Shown one piece after another: positions 59,647 to 64,000 of a stretch of 64,000 nt of DNA; the first letter of the stretch is position 1, and every line of letters starts with the position of its first letter. Made by a program: the position numbers and the translations under genes. Source of the stretch: Kofleriaceae bacterium (GTDB lineage Bacteria > Myxococcota_A > Polyangia > Haliangiales > Haliangiaceae); assembly GCA_046597055.1 (NCBI GenBank), contig JBKJLC010000278.1:25766-89765 (forward strand). The letters are read 5' to 3'. The notes beneath the pieces are model-generated. The model saw only the letters and a list, made by a program, of their open reading frames with translations. It did not search any database and was not told the origin of the DNA.

Positions 59647-60675
59647 GTGACCCGCACCGAACGTTTGACCTCGCTGGTCGAGTCCGCGATCGAGCGACTC
59701 GAGGACGGCGATCTCCCTGCCGCCAAGAAGAAGCTCGATCAGGCCGCCCGGATCGATCCCCAAGATCCCGACCTGCTCACCGTCCAGGCGTCGGTCGCCA
59801 TGATCGAGGGTGACCTCGACCGTGCGATCGAGCTGTCGGGCAAGGCCGTCGAGCGCGCGCCGGAGGACGTGCACGTCCTGATCGCCGCCGCCGACATCGC
59901 GCTGTCCGCTGAGCCCGAGCGCTCGGTCGGCTACGCGCGCCGCGCGATCGCGCTGGTCGAGGAGGAGGACGATCTGGTCAACGCGATCCTGATCCTCTCC
60001 GAGGCGCTGTGCGCCACCGACCAGCCGGCCGAGGCGCGCGCGGCGCTCGGCGAGCTCGCGACCTCCGCGATCGATGACCCGGCGTCGATCATCGACATCG
60101 CCGGCGCCTTCCTCACCGCCGAGGACCCGACCACGGCCGAGCTCTGGCTGCGCCGGGCCACCGATGGCGACGACGAGCTCGCCGCCGACGCGTGGCACGG
60201 CATCGGCCAGTGCCGCGAGGCCAAGGGCGATCGCGAGGGCATGATCGCCGCGTGGCTCGAGACCCGCCGGCGCGACGCCGCGCTGGCCCCGCCCGAGGAC
60301 GACGGCGAGCCGGTCCCGGACGACGAGCTCGAGGCGATCGCGACCGCGGCGCTCGAGGAGCTGCCGGCCAACGTCATCGCCCACCTCGCCAACGTGCCGA
60401 TCCTGATCGAGGACCGGCCGTCAGAGCACCTGGTCAAGGACGGATGGGATCCGCGGCTGCTCGGCATCTTCGAGGGCACGCCGCTGCCCGAGCAGAGCAC
60501 GATGGGCGGCGCGCCCACGATCACGACGATCCACCTGTTCCGGCGCAACCTCGAGCGCGTCGCCGACGGCGACCCCGAGACCCTCGCCGAGGAGATCCGC
60601 GTGACCGTGCTGCACGAGACCGCGCACTACTTCGGCCTCGACGAGGCCGAGCTCGAGAAGCTCGGCCTCGACTGA
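59647..60675 (+). CDS. TPR + Zincin_1 (minimal zinc metallopeptidase) fusion
   Basis: N-terminal TPRs; C-terminal NV.ILIEDRP, LLGIFEG, IHLFRRNL, TVLHETAHYFG (HExxH). Confidence 0.88.
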   Translation: MTRTERLTSLVESAIERLEDGDLPAAKKKLDQAARIDPQDPDLLTVQASVAMIEGDLDRAIELSGKAVERAPEDVHVLIAAADIALSAEPERSVGYARRAIALVEEEDDLVNAILILSEALCATDQPAEARAALGELATSAIDDPASIIDIAGAFLTAEDPTTAELWLRRATDGDDELAADAWHGIGQCREAKGDREGMIAAWLETRRRDAALAPPEDDGEPVPDDELEAIATAALEELPANVIAHLANVPILIEDRPSEHLVKDGWDPRLLGIFEGTPLPEQSTMGGAPTITTIHLFRRNLERVADGDPETLAEEIRVTVLHETAHYFGLDEAELEKLGLD

Positions 60676-60722
60676 TCAGCCGCGCGGGTGCTGCCGGCGC
60701 CGGCCGCGGCCGCCGCGCAGAT

Positions 60723-61079
60723 TCAGATGCAGATGCCGGGGATCCCGGTGTCGAGGAAGCAGACGCCGAGCACCGAGCAGCACAGGCCGCCGGCGGTATC
60801 GCACTGCGGCGTCGTGGTGCAGGTCGCGCCGATGGCACCGCCGCCGCTGGCGGCATCTGGCGTGCTCACCGGGGCATCGACCGAGATGCCGGCGTCGATC
60901 GCGACCGCCGCGTCGGGGACGACGCCGACGCTGGCATCGATCACCTGCCCGATGCGCGCATCGATCCGCGGGTCGTCGTCGTCGTCGTCACTGACGCCCC
61001 CGGTGCCCATGGCACAGCCGAGGAGCCCTACCGATGCCACGCAGGCGATGAACCATGCACTCTTGCACGAACGAACCAT
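60723..61079 (-). CDS. Small Cys-rich lipoprotein
   Basis: AGGAG RBS, ATG at 61079, lipobox LLGC, Asp run, DA-rich linker, 6-Cys C-terminal domain. Confidence 0.7.
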   Translation of the reverse strand: MVRSCKSAWFIACVASVGLLGCAMGTGGVSDDDDDDPRIDARIGQVIDASVGVVPDAAVAIDAGISVDAPVSTPDAASGGGAIGATCTTTPQCDTAGGLCCSVLGVCFLDTGIPGICI

Positions 61080-61209
61080 GTCGTCACTCCTGTGCCGGGC
61101 TCCCCAGTCCAGCGCCGGCATCGTAGCCAGGACGACCTGGCACACAAGCACAAAAGTAAGCCGACGCCAGAGATCGCATGACATCGCCTTTCCTCGACGC
61201 GGTCCGCCG

Positions 61210-64000
<2,791 letters not shown>

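Noticed and set aside
61138..61155. TGGCAC as a sigma54 site near the small lipoprotein gene
   Set aside because: No GC at -12 spacing, and wrong orientation for the minus-strand gene.

Overview
Very GC-rich, gene-dense chromosomal segment. Its gene content points to a myxobacterium (Myxococcota, probably Kofleriaceae/Haliangiales-like; inference): MXAN_5187-type and AgmX/PglI-type C-terminal domains, a ~3,800-aa TPR protein, Myxococcus Cys-rich repeats, a Ser/Thr kinase and an FHA protein. About 41 real CDSs are supported; most other ORFs in the track are high-GC shadow frames. Housekeeping and envelope genes: lapB (missed by the track, runs off the left edge), lapA, nadD, DUF2520, namZ, isoaspartyl peptidase, heterodimeric ABC exporter, pfkA, RecQ-family helicase, rlmB, pyrF, LpoA-like lipoprotein and dnaE (runs off the right edge). 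No rRNA, tRNA, CRISPR, transposase or integrase was recognised. The best candidate for an undescribed system is the + strand cluster at 21357-26436. It encodes a DUF1287 Cys/His protein, a membrane vWA-FHA protein, a signal-less Amidase_2 fused to a WHxxxH (WHIX/M23-like) module with an EF-hand, and a translationally coupled 61-aa twin-arginine peptide ending in RWIGHC, followed by a terminator-like hairpin. Other notable points: a recurring TAnnnT-N6-8-start (leaderless-type) signature, a lipoprotein adhesin with a QPD/WND C-type lectin, a small lipoprotein with a knottin-like Cys framework, a RecQ with a UvrD/PcrA-like C-terminal domain, and a copper-storage gene behind a sigma54-type promoter. 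All calls come from reading motifs by eye; no database searches were run.
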